Made by a program: the position numbers and the translations under genes
DNA from: Candidatus Peregrinibacteria bacterium GW2011_GWA2_33_10
GTDB taxonomy: Bacteria; Patescibacteriota; Gracilibacteria; UBA1369; GWC2-33-13
Reading direction: 5' to 3'
DNA: 64,000 nucleotides
Assembly (NCBI GenBank): GCA_000989565.1
Contig: LBOO01000003.1
Coordinates: 22,832 to 86,831 of the forward strand
In this document: piece after piece, positions 38,014 through 48,380 of the stretch
Layout: every line of letters begins with the position of its first letter
Position numbering within the stretch: the stretch's first letter is position 1
Notes under the pieces: model-generated
Database searches by the model: none
What the model was told of the DNA's origin: nothing
What the model saw: the letters and a program-made list of their open reading frames with translations, nothing else

Positions 38014-38418
38014 TTAGTTTCCATTGGGTGCGGAGATGATTATTTTGTTATTTTGGTCTTTTGCTATGGTATATCCTAAATTGTGATCTTTGCAGTTTTT
38101 GTAGTATGTGCCTTCCATATTTTGGTCAAAAGGAAGGGATGTTGTGTATTTCGGGATAAGAAGTTCGCAAATATTTACTTGGCCTTTAGACGATCCCATC
38201 AGGGTAGGCGTTTCATAAATTTGTTTTATGAATTCATCGTTGTTTTCTTTGGCATAGAGATCCATTAAATCAATTAGTTCCGTAACATCGCTTTGGCGTT
38301 GGTAATTTTTTATTTTTTTTAGCTGTTCTTTCGGATTAATAGTGAAAAAAATCCCAGACCCGAATATTATTATTAGAATTGTACCGAAAATTATATGGAT
38401 GATTTTTTGATTTTGCAT
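38014..38418 (-). CDS. Pilin-like protein lacking a canonical cleavage motif
   Basis: TM-INP..QL...NYQRQSDV pilin-like helix and a C-terminal Cys pair; last gene of the pil cluster. Confidence 0.55.
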   Translation of the reverse strand: MQNQKIIHIIFGTILIIIFGSGIFFTINPKEQLKKIKNYQRQSDVTELIDLMDLYAKENNDEFIKQIYETPTLMGSSKGQVNICELLIPKYTTSLPFDQNMEGTYYKNCKDHNLGYTIAKDQNNKIIISAPNGN

Positions 38419-38435
38419 TTTTTATAAATTAATGA

Positions 38436-38642
38436 TTATTCATGAAGGATTTTTTTTATTTGGTCGTATTTTTGGATATCTATTTCAGGGAGTAAATAAG
38501 GAGCTGAAGCGTTTTCTGTTTTTTCGATTTCTGAGATTTTTTTTAAATAATTTTTAAACATTAAAATACTTATTATCATCAACAAAATGATGCTTATGGC
38601 CGTTAAATTTATGAGGATGTTTTTTTTCGATTGATTTATCAT
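38436..38642 (-). CDS. Small bitopic membrane protein of the pil cluster
   Basis: 68 aa, single TM, tightly spaced within the operon. Confidence 0.55.
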   Translation of the reverse strand: MINQSKKNILINLTAISIILLMIISILMFKNYLKKISEIEKTENASAPYLLPEIDIQKYDQIKKILHE

Positions 38643-38645
38643 TTT

Positions 38646-39182
38646 TTATTTAATGGATAGAGAAATTAGAATTTTTATATTTTGCTCGTTGTCGTCATCC
38701 ACAAAATTAAATTGCTCGAAGCCGATAAGATAAGGTAATTGATATTCAATATCTGAAAGAAATTTTACCGCTTCATTAAAATCTCCTGATAATCCCAAAT
38801 TATATTTTACATTTTTCAAATCTGTACTATCGACGGCATCTTGAGATAATTGGATAGTTAGGTTTCTATTTTTTCCCACTTCTTCCAGTTTTTCAATAAA
38901 GTTGATTATTCCTTCTTCGCTTGGACGAATTTGTTGTAGTTTGTCGAATTTATCTTTATAGCTTTTATTGAAATTTTCTAAAGTGTTTTTGTAATTGTTA
39001 ATTATAAGATCTCTTTGATAATGAATGCTTTTTAGATTGACTAAAGAAGTATTGTATTTTTTTATTTTATAAACGGAAAAAATGCAGATTGACGCGGAAA
39101 TCAATATGACAATAAGCGCTAAAACAGGTGTTTTAGTTAATCGAAGGTAATTTATTTTTTTATATATATTTTGGGTACTCAT
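38646..39182 (-). CDS. PilO-like protein
   Basis: TM, coiled coil, LSGDFNEAVKFLSDIEYQLPYL pattern; follows pilMN. Confidence 0.65.
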   Translation of the reverse strand: MSTQNIYKKINYLRLTKTPVLALIVILISASICIFSVYKIKKYNTSLVNLKSIHYQRDLIINNYKNTLENFNKSYKDKFDKLQQIRPSEEGIINFIEKLEEVGKNRNLTIQLSQDAVDSTDLKNVKYNLGLSGDFNEAVKFLSDIEYQLPYLIGFEQFNFVDDDNEQNIKILISLSIK

Positions 39183-40690
39183 TTTTTTACGTTTTGATTA
39201 GAATTTATCATTGCATAGGGTGGCAGTTTTTGGTCATTTATGGATATTTTCGCGATAAATGAAATTTTACCTTTTTGCACCAGCGATGCTAAAGGCAGAT
39301 CAATGCTTTTTTGCAGCGGGTAGCTCTCCAAACTTTTTTTCAAGGCAATTACTGCGTTTCTATCAGGAGCAATGCCGTCTAAAAGTATTAATTGGCTATT
39401 TCTGTCAAAATTAATTTTGGTGATTTTAATGTTTTTTGGTACGTAGTCACGAAATTCTTGGAGAAAAGTTGATAAGGAATATAATGTTTTTTCAATTTTT
39501 TGTTCTGTAATTACCTCGGAATTAAATTTTTGAATATTGTCCCGTAAAGTTTGATAGTTTCCGCCTGATTCTATCCGGTCAATAGAATTTTTTGTAATCT
39601 GATAATATTTTTCCTGATAGTTTAAGTCAGCCCAAGTAATAATACTAAAATAAATTGCCAATAAGCCATAAATTATTAAAAATGAACTGATTAAATTAGT
39701 CAGTAAAACAAATTTTTGGATTAATTTTTGTTCTTTAATATTTTCAGGTATCAAATTTATATTATTTTGGTTATCTAAAGCCAAACCTATGGCTGAGGCG
39801 AAGGAAATAGCTTTTTCTTTGCTAATTTCGGGTTTTTTATTGATTCTTTCAATAATTTTAGGTTTTACATGGATTTGTGTCCAAGGATTGCCGAGCTCCA
39901 CTTCACGCGGAAAAATATTTTTTATTTGATTAAAAATTTCATTATTTGATAGAGCGCTGCCGTTCAAAATCGTTTTATTTATTTTTTCAGGAAATTTTTG
40001 GATAAAGTTTTTAATTTGTTCTAAAATATTTTCTATATCGGACAAATTTATATGCAGATAATCAGTTATTTGAATTTTTTGATTTTTGAGAATTATTAAA
40101 GAAAGAATTGTGGAATCAATGTCGCAAATTAAAACGTTATCCTGAATGTTTTTTTTCTTTTTTGACTTAAACGCATTAATAATTGCGTTATTTTTTAGAT
40201 TAAAGGTTGTTGGATTCAGATTGCAGCTTTCCAAAATTTGTAAAAATTGATCAGCTATATTTTTTTCAACGCAGGCAAACAGTACTTTTTTTTCTGCTTT
40301 GTTTTCATTAATTATTTGATAATCAAAATATAATGAAGAAATCGGAATCGGAATAATTTTTTCCGCTTCAAATAAAAGCGCGTTTTTTAAATCATTGTTG
40401 GAGATTTTAACCGGAAGATTAAAAATGTGGATAAAGGTTTTGCTTGTGGGAATTGAACAGTGAACAGTTATATCGGCCGGTATTGGTGTAGGGATAGCGG
40501 TTGTCAACAAATTTTTAATGTTTTCCGTTAAAAGTATCGAATTTATGGTTTTATTTTCATTAATAAATGGCTGAGTAAGATTAATGTTATTTATGGATAC
40601 CAGTTCTTTTCGCGAAAATGTTTTTTTGATCAATATCGCGGTGATGTTTTGTTCCTGTATGTCTAAGCCTAATGTATAAGAATTAAACAA
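39179..40690 (-). CDS. PilM-PilN fusion protein
   Basis: N-terminal LGLDI actin-like fold, AIGLAL immediately followed by INLIP (PilN motif), TM, VPKNIKITKI...LDGIAPDR. Confidence 0.8.
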   Translation of the reverse strand: MFNSYTLGLDIQEQNITAILIKKTFSRKELVSINNINLTQPFINENKTINSILLTENIKNLLTTAIPTPIPADITVHCSIPTSKTFIHIFNLPVKISNNDLKNALLFEAEKIIPIPISSLYFDYQIINENKAEKKVLFACVEKNIADQFLQILESCNLNPTTFNLKNNAIINAFKSKKKKNIQDNVLICDIDSTILSLIILKNQKIQITDYLHINLSDIENILEQIKNFIQKFPEKINKTILNGSALSNNEIFNQIKNIFPREVELGNPWTQIHVKPKIIERINKKPEISKEKAISFASAIGLALDNQNNINLIPENIKEQKLIQKFVLLTNLISSFLIIYGLLAIYFSIITWADLNYQEKYYQITKNSIDRIESGGNYQTLRDNIQKFNSEVITEQKIEKTLYSLSTFLQEFRDYVPKNIKITKINFDRNSQLILLDGIAPDRNAVIALKKSLESYPLQKSIDLPLASLVQKGKISFIAKISINDQKLPPYAMINSNQNVKK

Positions 40691-40715
40691 TGTTATTATT
40701 TAAGTTAATAGATAT

Positions 40716-41108
40716 TTATTGTTCAGTAAAATTAATGATTTTTATGCTGCGATAATTTTCATTGGTGGAAATTATTGTTTCTATAATAAGATTTTTGGTG
40801 ATTTTGTTCTCAATTATTTCGATTTCAATTGTTTTATTCGGATCTGTCCCACTGATATTGATAGTACAAGTTTGATTGTTATAATTCAAGGTTCCACCTA
40901 TATATGTCGCGGAATTTTTTAATCTGAATAAAGCTTCTTCGGCACAAGTATTTGAATAAATGGAGCTTAAATTCGATTTGTTTATAATATGGCTTTTTTG
41001 GAGATTAATAATATTTATTTTGGCTATAGTGCCGGTGATAAGTACTAAGAAAGCCGTAAAAATCAGGACAGTCAAGAGCATTATGCCGGCTTTTTTGTGA
41101 TTTACCAT
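40716..41108 (-). CDS. PilX/K-like minor pilin
   Basis: KKAG|IMLLTVL; CAEEALFRL. Confidence 0.65.
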   Translation of the reverse strand: MVNHKKAGIMLLTVLIFTAFLVLITGTIAKINIINLQKSHIINKSNLSSIYSNTCAEEALFRLKNSATYIGGTLNYNNQTCTINISGTDPNKTIEIEIIENKITKNLIIETIISTNENYRSIKIINFTEQ

Positions 41109-41608
41109 ATTCTTTGGGTGAAGATTTGTTTAAAGGTTTCGATTTCTTTACCTTTATGCAATGTTAATTGAATTTGGATGCTGTTTGGTTCATTTGGGGT
41201 ATTCAATCGATGAAAAGTAAGGCCGGAAACTTCAATGTCGCTGCTGTTTAAAGTTATTTCATCATTTGTTCCGGTTATCAGAAACAGATTTTTGTTTTCA
41301 ATAAGAAATCTTGTTGGATTTTTTGTTGTGTCGTTCATGATTAAGATTAATGCGCCGGGATTTGTGTCAAAAATCGAGGTGCTTTCGTTTATTGTTTTTG
41401 CCGAGTGGATTTGACGGCCTATTTCATTCAGAATCAAATGTCCGTTTTCGTGGATGCTTTCTTTTATAAAATTATCTTTTTTATGCATCATGCTGTTGAT
41501 TGTGATTTGAAAGATTATAGTGAGTATTACGGAAATGATGCCGAGGTAAATGAGGGTTTCGGGGAGGGTGAAGGCTTTGGAGTCCGTAATTTGATTGTTT
41601 TTATTCAT
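41102..41608 (-). CDS. PilW-like minor pilin
   Basis: KA|FTLPETLIYLGI class III signal. Confidence 0.75.
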   Translation of the reverse strand: MNKNNQITDSKAFTLPETLIYLGIISVILTIIFQITINSMMHKKDNFIKESIHENGHLILNEIGRQIHSAKTINESTSIFDTNPGALILIMNDTTKNPTRFLIENKNLFLITGTNDEITLNSSDIEVSGLTFHRLNTPNEPNSIQIQLTLHKGKEIETFKQIFTQRIW

Positions 41609-41610
41609 TT

Positions 41611-43491
41611 TTAATTGTTGCGGAAGTTGAATTGAAGTTCGTTTAAGATAGGAGAACTATTGGAATCTCCCGTGAAATAAGCTCGATATTGGAAATATCT
41701 TGGAGTGGTTGGAGTTCCGGGAAGAAGGATTTTTGTAAACGGATTTGTGTAATAGGATGTATTTGTCGCATCAGGTCCGATAAATTCTGTGGATAAAAGG
41801 TCTGTATATGAATTCGCGGTTCGAATTTGGAATTTCAGATTGCCTCCCGGAGAGTTTAAATAACTGACAAATAAATTGTAATAAACAGTAGTTAGTGAAC
41901 CTGTATCAAAAATTCTTGAAGTGAAATCTCCGGATACGGCGAATTCTTCAACGGGCGGACCTATAATCACGAATCCTCGATTGGAATTGGTGGTGGCCAT
42001 ATAAATATATTCTCCGGCCGCGATAAAACCTCGTCCTTTGCCTTGAATATCTTGAGCAAATAAAAAATCAGGATTTAAATCGTCTTCACTTTTATCAAGG
42101 ATGGCTATTCCGGCATTATTTTTATCTGTAGAAACAAATATAAAATCACCAAAAACATCGACTCTGAATCCTGCGGCTTCGATATCTATGGAGCGGATAT
42201 ATTGTGGATTAGCGAGTTCGTTAAGACTTATTACCGCCAAGCCGTTAGTATTATTATCAACCGCCATGTAGGCTTTATTGTCGCTTAAAGTGATTCCTTT
42301 GCCTTTTCCGTAAATAAAGTCGACATCAATAGATTCAGGATTATCCGGATCCGAAATATCATATGTCATTAAACCGGTTAGCATATGTTCATTAGCCAGA
42401 TAAGCGTAATTGTCGCGAACAGCAATGCTGTTGACACTGCCAAGAGTCAATGCCTCTCCTCTTTTTTGGGGATTTAAAGGATCGGATATATCCATGATTA
42501 TCATGCCTCGAAGCATATTTTCCACAGCTAAATAAGCAAAGTTGTCTTTTATACTGATGTCGTTAATTGTGGCGCCGAGATTGATAGTTTTTATTATTTG
42601 CGGATTAAGAGGGTCAGCGATATTCACGATCACTAAACTTTTAGATGCTTGTTTTGTGCCTATAAACGCGTAATTGTCTTTTATGTCAATGCAGGCGCCT
42701 CTAGTTTGAATATTTAAACTTTTTACCAGAGAAGGATTTTGTGGATCGCTGATGTCCACGACTTGAAATCCTTTTGTATTACTATCAACAGCAATGAATG
42801 CGTAATTACTTTGAACTTCGACATCATTCGCGGCTGCTTCAAGTTTTACCGATGATGTAAATCCTGAAGGGGAAAAAATTACACTTAAAGTTATGGCTCC
42901 ATTATTTTCCGGTGGCGTTTCACTGTTTATTATTTCCACACTATTTAAAGTTCCTTGGTTAAATTCCGTAGTTAAGTTGTCGCCCAGAGTATTATTTTGC
43001 CAATTTGTCAGGATTGATTGTGAATTAATTTGACGCGGGGGTAAATGAGCGGGTTTCCAGGAAATTTCACAAATGGCTTTTTTGCTATGAAGATCAAGAG
43101 TTCCCGTGTCAGCGATATTTAAGTCATTATCACGGAAAATATCTGAAATTGTAATTGCGCGGGTATATTTGTTATCAATGATTTCATTTCCGGCAACCAG
43201 ATTTATATTTCCCGATGAAAAGTTTAATCCGAAAGTTCCGTTTTGTAATAGAGAAAAATCCGTATCCCTGACATGCCTTACTGCTTCAAAACATTCTCGC
43301 AAGAGTGAGTACGCGGCATTTTGTTCAAATCGTCTTTGTTGGGCTTGAATAGAATAAAAAAGTAAATTAATCGCTGCCAGAGTAATTATTGAAAAAATTA
43401 ACACAGCGAGCAGTACTTCAAGGAGAACTTGACCTTTTTTTTGAAAAATTAATTTGATTCGATCAGCCAAGCGCTGAGCTGGAAATTTCAT
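41611..43491 (-). CDS. Large minor pilin/adhesin with LVIVD-repeat beta-propeller
   Basis: KKG|QVLLEVLL; repeated NYAFIA...GFQVVDISDPQNP units. Confidence 0.82.
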   Translation of the reverse strand: MKFPAQRLADRIKLIFQKKGQVLLEVLLAVLIFSIITLAAINLLFYSIQAQQRRFEQNAAYSLLRECFEAVRHVRDTDFSLLQNGTFGLNFSSGNINLVAGNEIIDNKYTRAITISDIFRDNDLNIADTGTLDLHSKKAICEISWKPAHLPPRQINSQSILTNWQNNTLGDNLTTEFNQGTLNSVEIINSETPPENNGAITLSVIFSPSGFTSSVKLEAAANDVEVQSNYAFIAVDSNTKGFQVVDISDPQNPSLVKSLNIQTRGACIDIKDNYAFIGTKQASKSLVIVNIADPLNPQIIKTINLGATINDISIKDNFAYLAVENMLRGMIIMDISDPLNPQKRGEALTLGSVNSIAVRDNYAYLANEHMLTGLMTYDISDPDNPESIDVDFIYGKGKGITLSDNKAYMAVDNNTNGLAVISLNELANPQYIRSIDIEAAGFRVDVFGDFIFVSTDKNNAGIAILDKSEDDLNPDFLFAQDIQGKGRGFIAAGEYIYMATTNSNRGFVIIGPPVEEFAVSGDFTSRIFDTGSLTTVYYNLFVSYLNSPGGNLKFQIRTANSYTDLLSTEFIGPDATNTSYYTNPFTKILLPGTPTTPRYFQYRAYFTGDSNSSPILNELQFNFRNN

Positions 43492-44677
43492 AAATTGGTG
43501 CGATAATGGCTACTGCCAGACCTCCGACAGATACGCCCATGATTAATAAAAGTATGGGTTCCAAAAGAGTGGATAGATTTTTTGTGGCTTGAGAAACTTC
43601 TTTTTCATATAATTTTGCCAAATGGGATGAAGTTTTTGATAAATTGCCGATCTGTTCGCCTACAGCGATCATTTTCGATACCATTGGAGGGAATAATTTT
43701 TTGTGTGATCCAAGAGCTTCGGATAAAGAGCCTCCTTGTTGGATTTTTTCTCCTGCTTCTCTAATTACTTTTTGATATTGGTAATTACTCAGAGTGTCAG
43801 CTGTGATATTAATTGCTTCAACTATCGGCGTGCCGCTTTGAATCAATGAAGAAAATGTGCGTGAAAACAGACTGATATTTGTTTTTTTCAATAGATTTCC
43901 GAAAATCGGAAGTTTAAGATAAAGCAAATGAATAATAGGTCTGATTGTTTTTGTTTTTATGGAGATTCTAAAGCCTGTGATTAAACCAAAAACCCCGATT
44001 ATAATAAGTAAATAATGAGCGCGAATAAATTCACTGATATTCATGACTATTTGAGTCGATCTTGGAAGTTTTGTGTCAAATGTGCTTAAAATATCCATTA
44101 TTTTAGGCATGGTGAAAGTCATTAAAAATAAGATCAATAATACTGTCATGGATAATAAAATAGCCGGATAAATAAAAGCACCGATTAATTTTTTACGCGT
44201 TTCATATGTTTTTTCCATTTGTCTTGTGAGATATGTTAAAGAGTCGCTTAAGGTTCCCGAGCTTTCTCCGATTCGGATCATGCTTAACGCCATTGTTGAA
44301 AATACGCTTGGATAACAGGCAAATGTGGCAAATAACGATAAACCGCTTTTTAAATTCGCATGAGCTTCTTTTAATATTTTACTGAAATTTTTGTTTTCTG
44401 TTTGATCGCTCAATGTTTCAATGCTTTCAGAGATGGTTAATCCGGCGTCTAACATTGATGATAAGTGTTTGAAAAAAATCACTTTTTCGAGCATTGCCAC
44501 TTTTACGTCAAAATGAAAGAATTTTTTAAACCATGTTTTTCTTTCTTCATTGATGTTGAGGACAATTAAAGATAGTTTCTGCAATTCTTGAATCGCTTTT
44601 CCTTTATCTTCGGAAACTATATTGTCTTCAACAATTTTTCCGGTTAGTGTTGATGCTTTGTAGTGAAAAGTTGGCAA
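43463..44677 (-). CDS. pilC: Type II secretion F / PilC platform protein
   Basis: GESSGTL, AFIYPA, MIAVGEQIGNL, LLEPIL; TTG start. Confidence 0.93.
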   Translation of the reverse strand: MPTFHYKASTLTGKIVEDNIVSEDKGKAIQELQKLSLIVLNINEERKTWFKKFFHFDVKVAMLEKVIFFKHLSSMLDAGLTISESIETLSDQTENKNFSKILKEAHANLKSGLSLFATFACYPSVFSTMALSMIRIGESSGTLSDSLTYLTRQMEKTYETRKKLIGAFIYPAILLSMTVLLILFLMTFTMPKIMDILSTFDTKLPRSTQIVMNISEFIRAHYLLIIIGVFGLITGFRISIKTKTIRPIIHLLYLKLPIFGNLLKKTNISLFSRTFSSLIQSGTPIVEAINITADTLSNYQYQKVIREAGEKIQQGGSLSEALGSHKKLFPPMVSKMIAVGEQIGNLSKTSSHLAKLYEKEVSQATKNLSTLLEPILLLIMGVSVGGLAVAIIAPIYEISSSALG

Positions 44678-44704
44678 GGTAATTTGTTAATTTTAATTAT
44701 TTAT

Positions 44705-46414
44705 TTATTCTCGAATCACTCTGAGGATTTCTTCCAGGGAGGTGCTACCGTTGAGGGCTTTTTCAATTCCGTCTTCAAACATGCTTTGAAATCCGTTTTG
44801 TTCAGCGCTTAACGCTATTTCTTCGGGTGTTTTGTTGTGCATGATCAGGTCTTTGATAATATCGTTTATGACAATTACTTCCGAAATACATGTTCTGCCT
44901 TTGTATCCCGTATTATTGCAAAGTTTGCATCCATATGCTTTGTAAAAATAGATTTCTTCAATATTGACTGCTTTTTTTTTGAATATGTTATGTAATAATT
45001 CGATTGAACTGACATTAAGTTTTAAACTTTCAGCCAGTTTTACCAATTCTTTTTTGTTCAGCATGTATTTTTCTTTGCACCCGTCGCAGATTTTTCTGAT
45101 TAATCTTTGAGCGATTGTCATAATTACTGTGGAACTGACTAAAAAAGGCTCTACTCCCATTTCTATTAAACGAACCAAAGTAGATGCCGCATTGTTGGTA
45201 TGTAAAGTGGCTAGAACCAAATGTCCGGTTAGGGCTGCGTTTACGGCTATTGTGGCAGTTTCGTTGTCGCGGATTTCTCCGACCATTATGATGTCCGGAT
45301 CTTGGCGCAATAAAGATCTTAAACCGGCGGAAAAGGTTAAACGGGTTTCAGTATTTACTTGAATTTGATTAACACCTTCCAAACGATATTCAATTGGATC
45401 TTCAATTGTGGCTATGTTTACTTCTCTGCTATTTAATTCGCGGAGAATGGCATATAAAGCCGTGGTTTTTCCGGATCCGGTAGGGCCGGTTACCAGAATC
45501 ATGCCGTGAGTTTTACGAATATTATCTTCAATTCGCAGAAGATTAAATTTATTGTAACCTAAATCTTCCAATGTTAGGGTTTTATTTTGAGGAGCAAGAA
45601 GGCGAAGAACTATTTTTTCTCCGTCATAAATCGGAACTATGGAAACTCTAAGAGTTAAATCATCATTATCGATTTCAATTTTGAATCTGCCGTCTTGAGG
45701 AGCGCGGTGCTCATCGGTGTGCAGATTGGACAATACTTTGATACGCGTGGTGATTAATTCTTGTACTTCTTTCGGTAAATTTATAATGTCGTGAAGAAGA
45801 CCATCCATGCGAAAGCGCACTAGAACACTTTTTTTCTGAGGTTCAATATGAATGTCCGATGCTTTGCCTTCGTAAGCCAAAATAATGAGCGAGTCCAAAA
45901 GTTTGGAAACATCTTTTAAAGACTCAATTTCATCAGGATTTTTAAGAATGTTTTTCAATAATTTATCGAAACGGTCATGTATGTCTTTGTTGTAAGCTTT
46001 TAATTGATTTTTAATTTCCGAGGGAGTGGTGTAGTAAATAATAATTTTTAGTCCTGTTTTTTGTTGAATGAAAGAAAAACCTTCTTGGTTTTCCGGGTTT
46101 GAGGTAGCTATAAAAAGTTTATCTTTATTTTTGTCGAAAGCTATAATTTGTTGATTTTGAGCAACAGAAAAAGGGATTTCCAGTAAAATGTTTTCCGGAA
46201 TTACTCGATTTGATAAGTTAATGAATTTTGTTTTAAAAAGATCAGCGATTAAGGTTCCTAATTTTTCTTCAGATAAGATGTTGTGCTCAATGATTTTTTC
46301 TTCCAAAGATTTATGGTCTTCCGCGATCTCTTTTAAACAGGTATCTAATTGAGCTTTAACAATTAAATTGTTTTCAAGTAAATAAGCGCTAAGTTTTTTG
46401 GTTTCGACAGACAT
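44705..46414 (-). CDS. pilB: PilB/GspE assembly ATPase
   Basis: ASDIHIEP, GPTGSGKTT, EDPIE, LRQDPDIIMVGEIRD, tetracysteine motif. Confidence 0.96.
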   Translation of the reverse strand: MSVETKKLSAYLLENNLIVKAQLDTCLKEIAEDHKSLEEKIIEHNILSEEKLGTLIADLFKTKFINLSNRVIPENILLEIPFSVAQNQQIIAFDKNKDKLFIATSNPENQEGFSFIQQKTGLKIIIYYTTPSEIKNQLKAYNKDIHDRFDKLLKNILKNPDEIESLKDVSKLLDSLIILAYEGKASDIHIEPQKKSVLVRFRMDGLLHDIINLPKEVQELITTRIKVLSNLHTDEHRAPQDGRFKIEIDNDDLTLRVSIVPIYDGEKIVLRLLAPQNKTLTLEDLGYNKFNLLRIEDNIRKTHGMILVTGPTGSGKTTALYAILRELNSREVNIATIEDPIEYRLEGVNQIQVNTETRLTFSAGLRSLLRQDPDIIMVGEIRDNETATIAVNAALTGHLVLATLHTNNAASTLVRLIEMGVEPFLVSSTVIMTIAQRLIRKICDGCKEKYMLNKKELVKLAESLKLNVSSIELLHNIFKKKAVNIEEIYFYKAYGCKLCNNTGYKGRTCISEVIVINDIIKDLIMHNKTPEEIALSAEQNGFQSMFEDGIEKALNGSTSLEEILRVIRE

Positions 46415-46534
46415 TTTGATTTTTTTGTTTTTGTTTTATATATTTTAGCATGAAATAGATGATTTTTAAAGGGAATCAGTGGTAATTCACTCATTATAAT
46501 CAGAAGGAGAATAGTGTCATTACTATCCCTCCCC

Positions 46535-46563
46535 TTGACTTTTCCCAAAATAAAAATTACTAT
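46535..46563 (+). promoter_or_regulatory. sigma70 promoter for the rpmH operon
   Basis: TTGACT, N17, TACTAT. Confidence 0.65.
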
Positions 46564-46607
46564 CACAAAGCAAAAAAACAACAAATATAATTTAAATAAT
46601 AACTGAA

Positions 46608-46745
46608 ATGCAAAGCAAAAGATCAAATGTTCGCCGCCAACGCCGTCATGGATTCTTAAAAAGAATGAGTACCAAAAACGGTCGTCGTGTGCTTGCTTCT
46701 CGCCGAAGAAAAGGACGAGCGCAATTAACACCAACATATAATTAA
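46608..46745 (+). CDS. rpmH: 50S ribosomal protein L34 (absent from ORF track)
   Basis: Manual translation [45 protein letters not shown]; directly upstream of rnpA. Confidence 0.96.
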   Translation: MQSKRSNVRRQRRHGFLKRMSTKNGRRVLASRRRKGRAQLTPTYN

Positions 46746-46746
46746 T

Positions 46747-47097
46747 GTGCTACCAAAAAAAAATCGATTTTCAAATAAAGATCGAATAAATGTCTTATTA
46801 AAACAAAAAAACTCCACTAAAAATGGATTTTTTGTTGTTAAAAGTATAAATAATAAAGACAAAGAACATAAATTTTGTATAATAATCAGCGGAAAATTTA
46901 AAATTAAAGCAGTTGAAAGAAATTTATTAAGGCGTAGAATCTACGATATAATCAGATTGAATTTACACGCGCTGCCTAAAATGCCTGCCAAAGATTTCGC
47001 TATAATAATTAGAAGCTGTAGTTTTAATGCCGAGTATGACGTATTGTCAAAAATGCTCATGCCCTTAATAATAAATCAATTTAATCAAACATTTTAA
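46747..47097 (+). CDS. rnpA: Ribonuclease P protein component
   Basis: LPKKNRF, KAVERNLLRRR (RNR-like motif); synteny. Confidence 0.92.
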   Translation: MLPKKNRFSNKDRINVLLKQKNSTKNGFFVVKSINNKDKEHKFCIIISGKFKIKAVERNLLRRRIYDIIRLNLHALPKMPAKDFAIIIRSCSFNAEYDVLSKMLMPLIINQFNQTF

Positions 47098-47111
47098 AAT
47101 TTTTTCATTTT

Positions 47112-48344
47112 ATGCGTAAAAACTTTATTCTCATATTATTTGTTGTCCTTATTACCAGCCTTTTAATAAAAGGATTCTCCGGTGAAAAAACACAAATTCC
47201 TCAAAACTCTGAAAATAAAATAATTTTATTGACTGATAAAACTTCATACTCTCAGGGAAAAAGTATTAAAATCAACATTGTCAACCAATCCGATAAAAAA
47301 GCCGAATTAAATATTAATTGCCAAGAGCCGGGCGTAGATATTTTTCAACTTCAGGGGAACACATGGAGTCTAAAAAATACAAAAGTCGAAGCAGAAAAAC
47401 CCTGCAACCTGGAAATCCCGGCATCATCACAAAAACAAATTGATTTAAGTAATTGGAGATACCGTTTATTTTCCGAAGTCGGACAATATCAGGTAAAAAG
47501 CACAGCCTTGTTGAATAACGAAACCATTGAATTGAATTCCAATATATTCACAATTACAAAACCATCAATTTTCTCATTATTATGGAACAATTTATTATAC
47601 CGTCCGATTTATAACACCCTGATTTCTCTTGTGGCATATCTTCCGGGCCACAGCCTGGGTCTTGCTATCATACTTATTACGATTTTAATCCGTTTCATTT
47701 TATATTTCCCTTCACAAAAAGCTTTAAGATCGCAAAAAAATCTCCAAAAAATCCAGCCCAAATTAAAAGAAATTCAAAATAAATATAAAGGTAATCAGGA
47801 AAAAATCGCTTTGGAAACAATGAAATTATGGAAAGAGAATAAAGTCAATCCTTTTGGCAGCTGCCTGCCTTTAATTATTCAAATGCCGATTCTGATTGCT
47901 TTATTTTATGTGGTTCAAGGTGGCTTAAATCCCGACAATACTTTTCTCCTCTATTCTCCTTTGAAGAATATCAATATTCCAAATATAAATCATATTTTTT
48001 TGGGAATTTTGGATTTAAGTAAAAGCAACAAAGTGGTACTTCCATTAATCATTGCCGGACTTCAGTTTACACAAATGAAGCTGTCCTTAGCTTCTTCAAA
48101 TAAGAAAAATAAAGAAAAACAAAAAGATAATGACAAAAAACAGGTAGATGAAATGCAAATGATGAACAGTATGATGGTTTATTTTATGCCGATCATGATA
48201 GCTTTTTTTACAGCGAGCTTGCCTGCCGGTGTCGGTTTGTATTGGGGAGTTTCCACGCTTTTCGGAATTGTTCAGCAGTTAATCATTAACCGAGAAAAAG
48301 ATAAAAACGAGCCTGAAGTCAAAGTGATTGGAAAAAAAATATAA
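47112..48344 (+). CDS. yidC: Membrane protein insertase YidC
   Basis: LQKIQPKLKEIQNKYK, VNPFGSCLPLIIQMP, LPAGVGLYW; extra N-terminal beta-rich external domain. Confidence 0.96.
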   Translation: MRKNFILILFVVLITSLLIKGFSGEKTQIPQNSENKIILLTDKTSYSQGKSIKINIVNQSDKKAELNINCQEPGVDIFQLQGNTWSLKNTKVEAEKPCNLEIPASSQKQIDLSNWRYRLFSEVGQYQVKSTALLNNETIELNSNIFTITKPSIFSLLWNNLLYRPIYNTLISLVAYLPGHSLGLAIILITILIRFILYFPSQKALRSQKNLQKIQPKLKEIQNKYKGNQEKIALETMKLWKENKVNPFGSCLPLIIQMPILIALFYVVQGGLNPDNTFLLYSPLKNINIPNINHIFLGILDLSKSNKVVLPLIIAGLQFTQMKLSLASSNKKNKEKQKDNDKKQVDEMQMMNSMMVYFMPIMIAFFTASLPAGVGLYWGVSTLFGIVQQLIINREKDKNEPEVKVIGKKI

Positions 48345-48380
48345 AAAATTAATAATTTACATTTCTTTACCATATAAATT

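Noticed and set aside
46415..46607. oriC upstream of rpmH
   Set aside because: There is no dnaA and I saw no TTATCCACA boxes; the apparent skew change has the wrong sign for an origin and reverts after about 4 kb.
46363..46737. 124-aa minus-strand ORF
   Set aside because: It is antisense to the real rpmH and its promoter.
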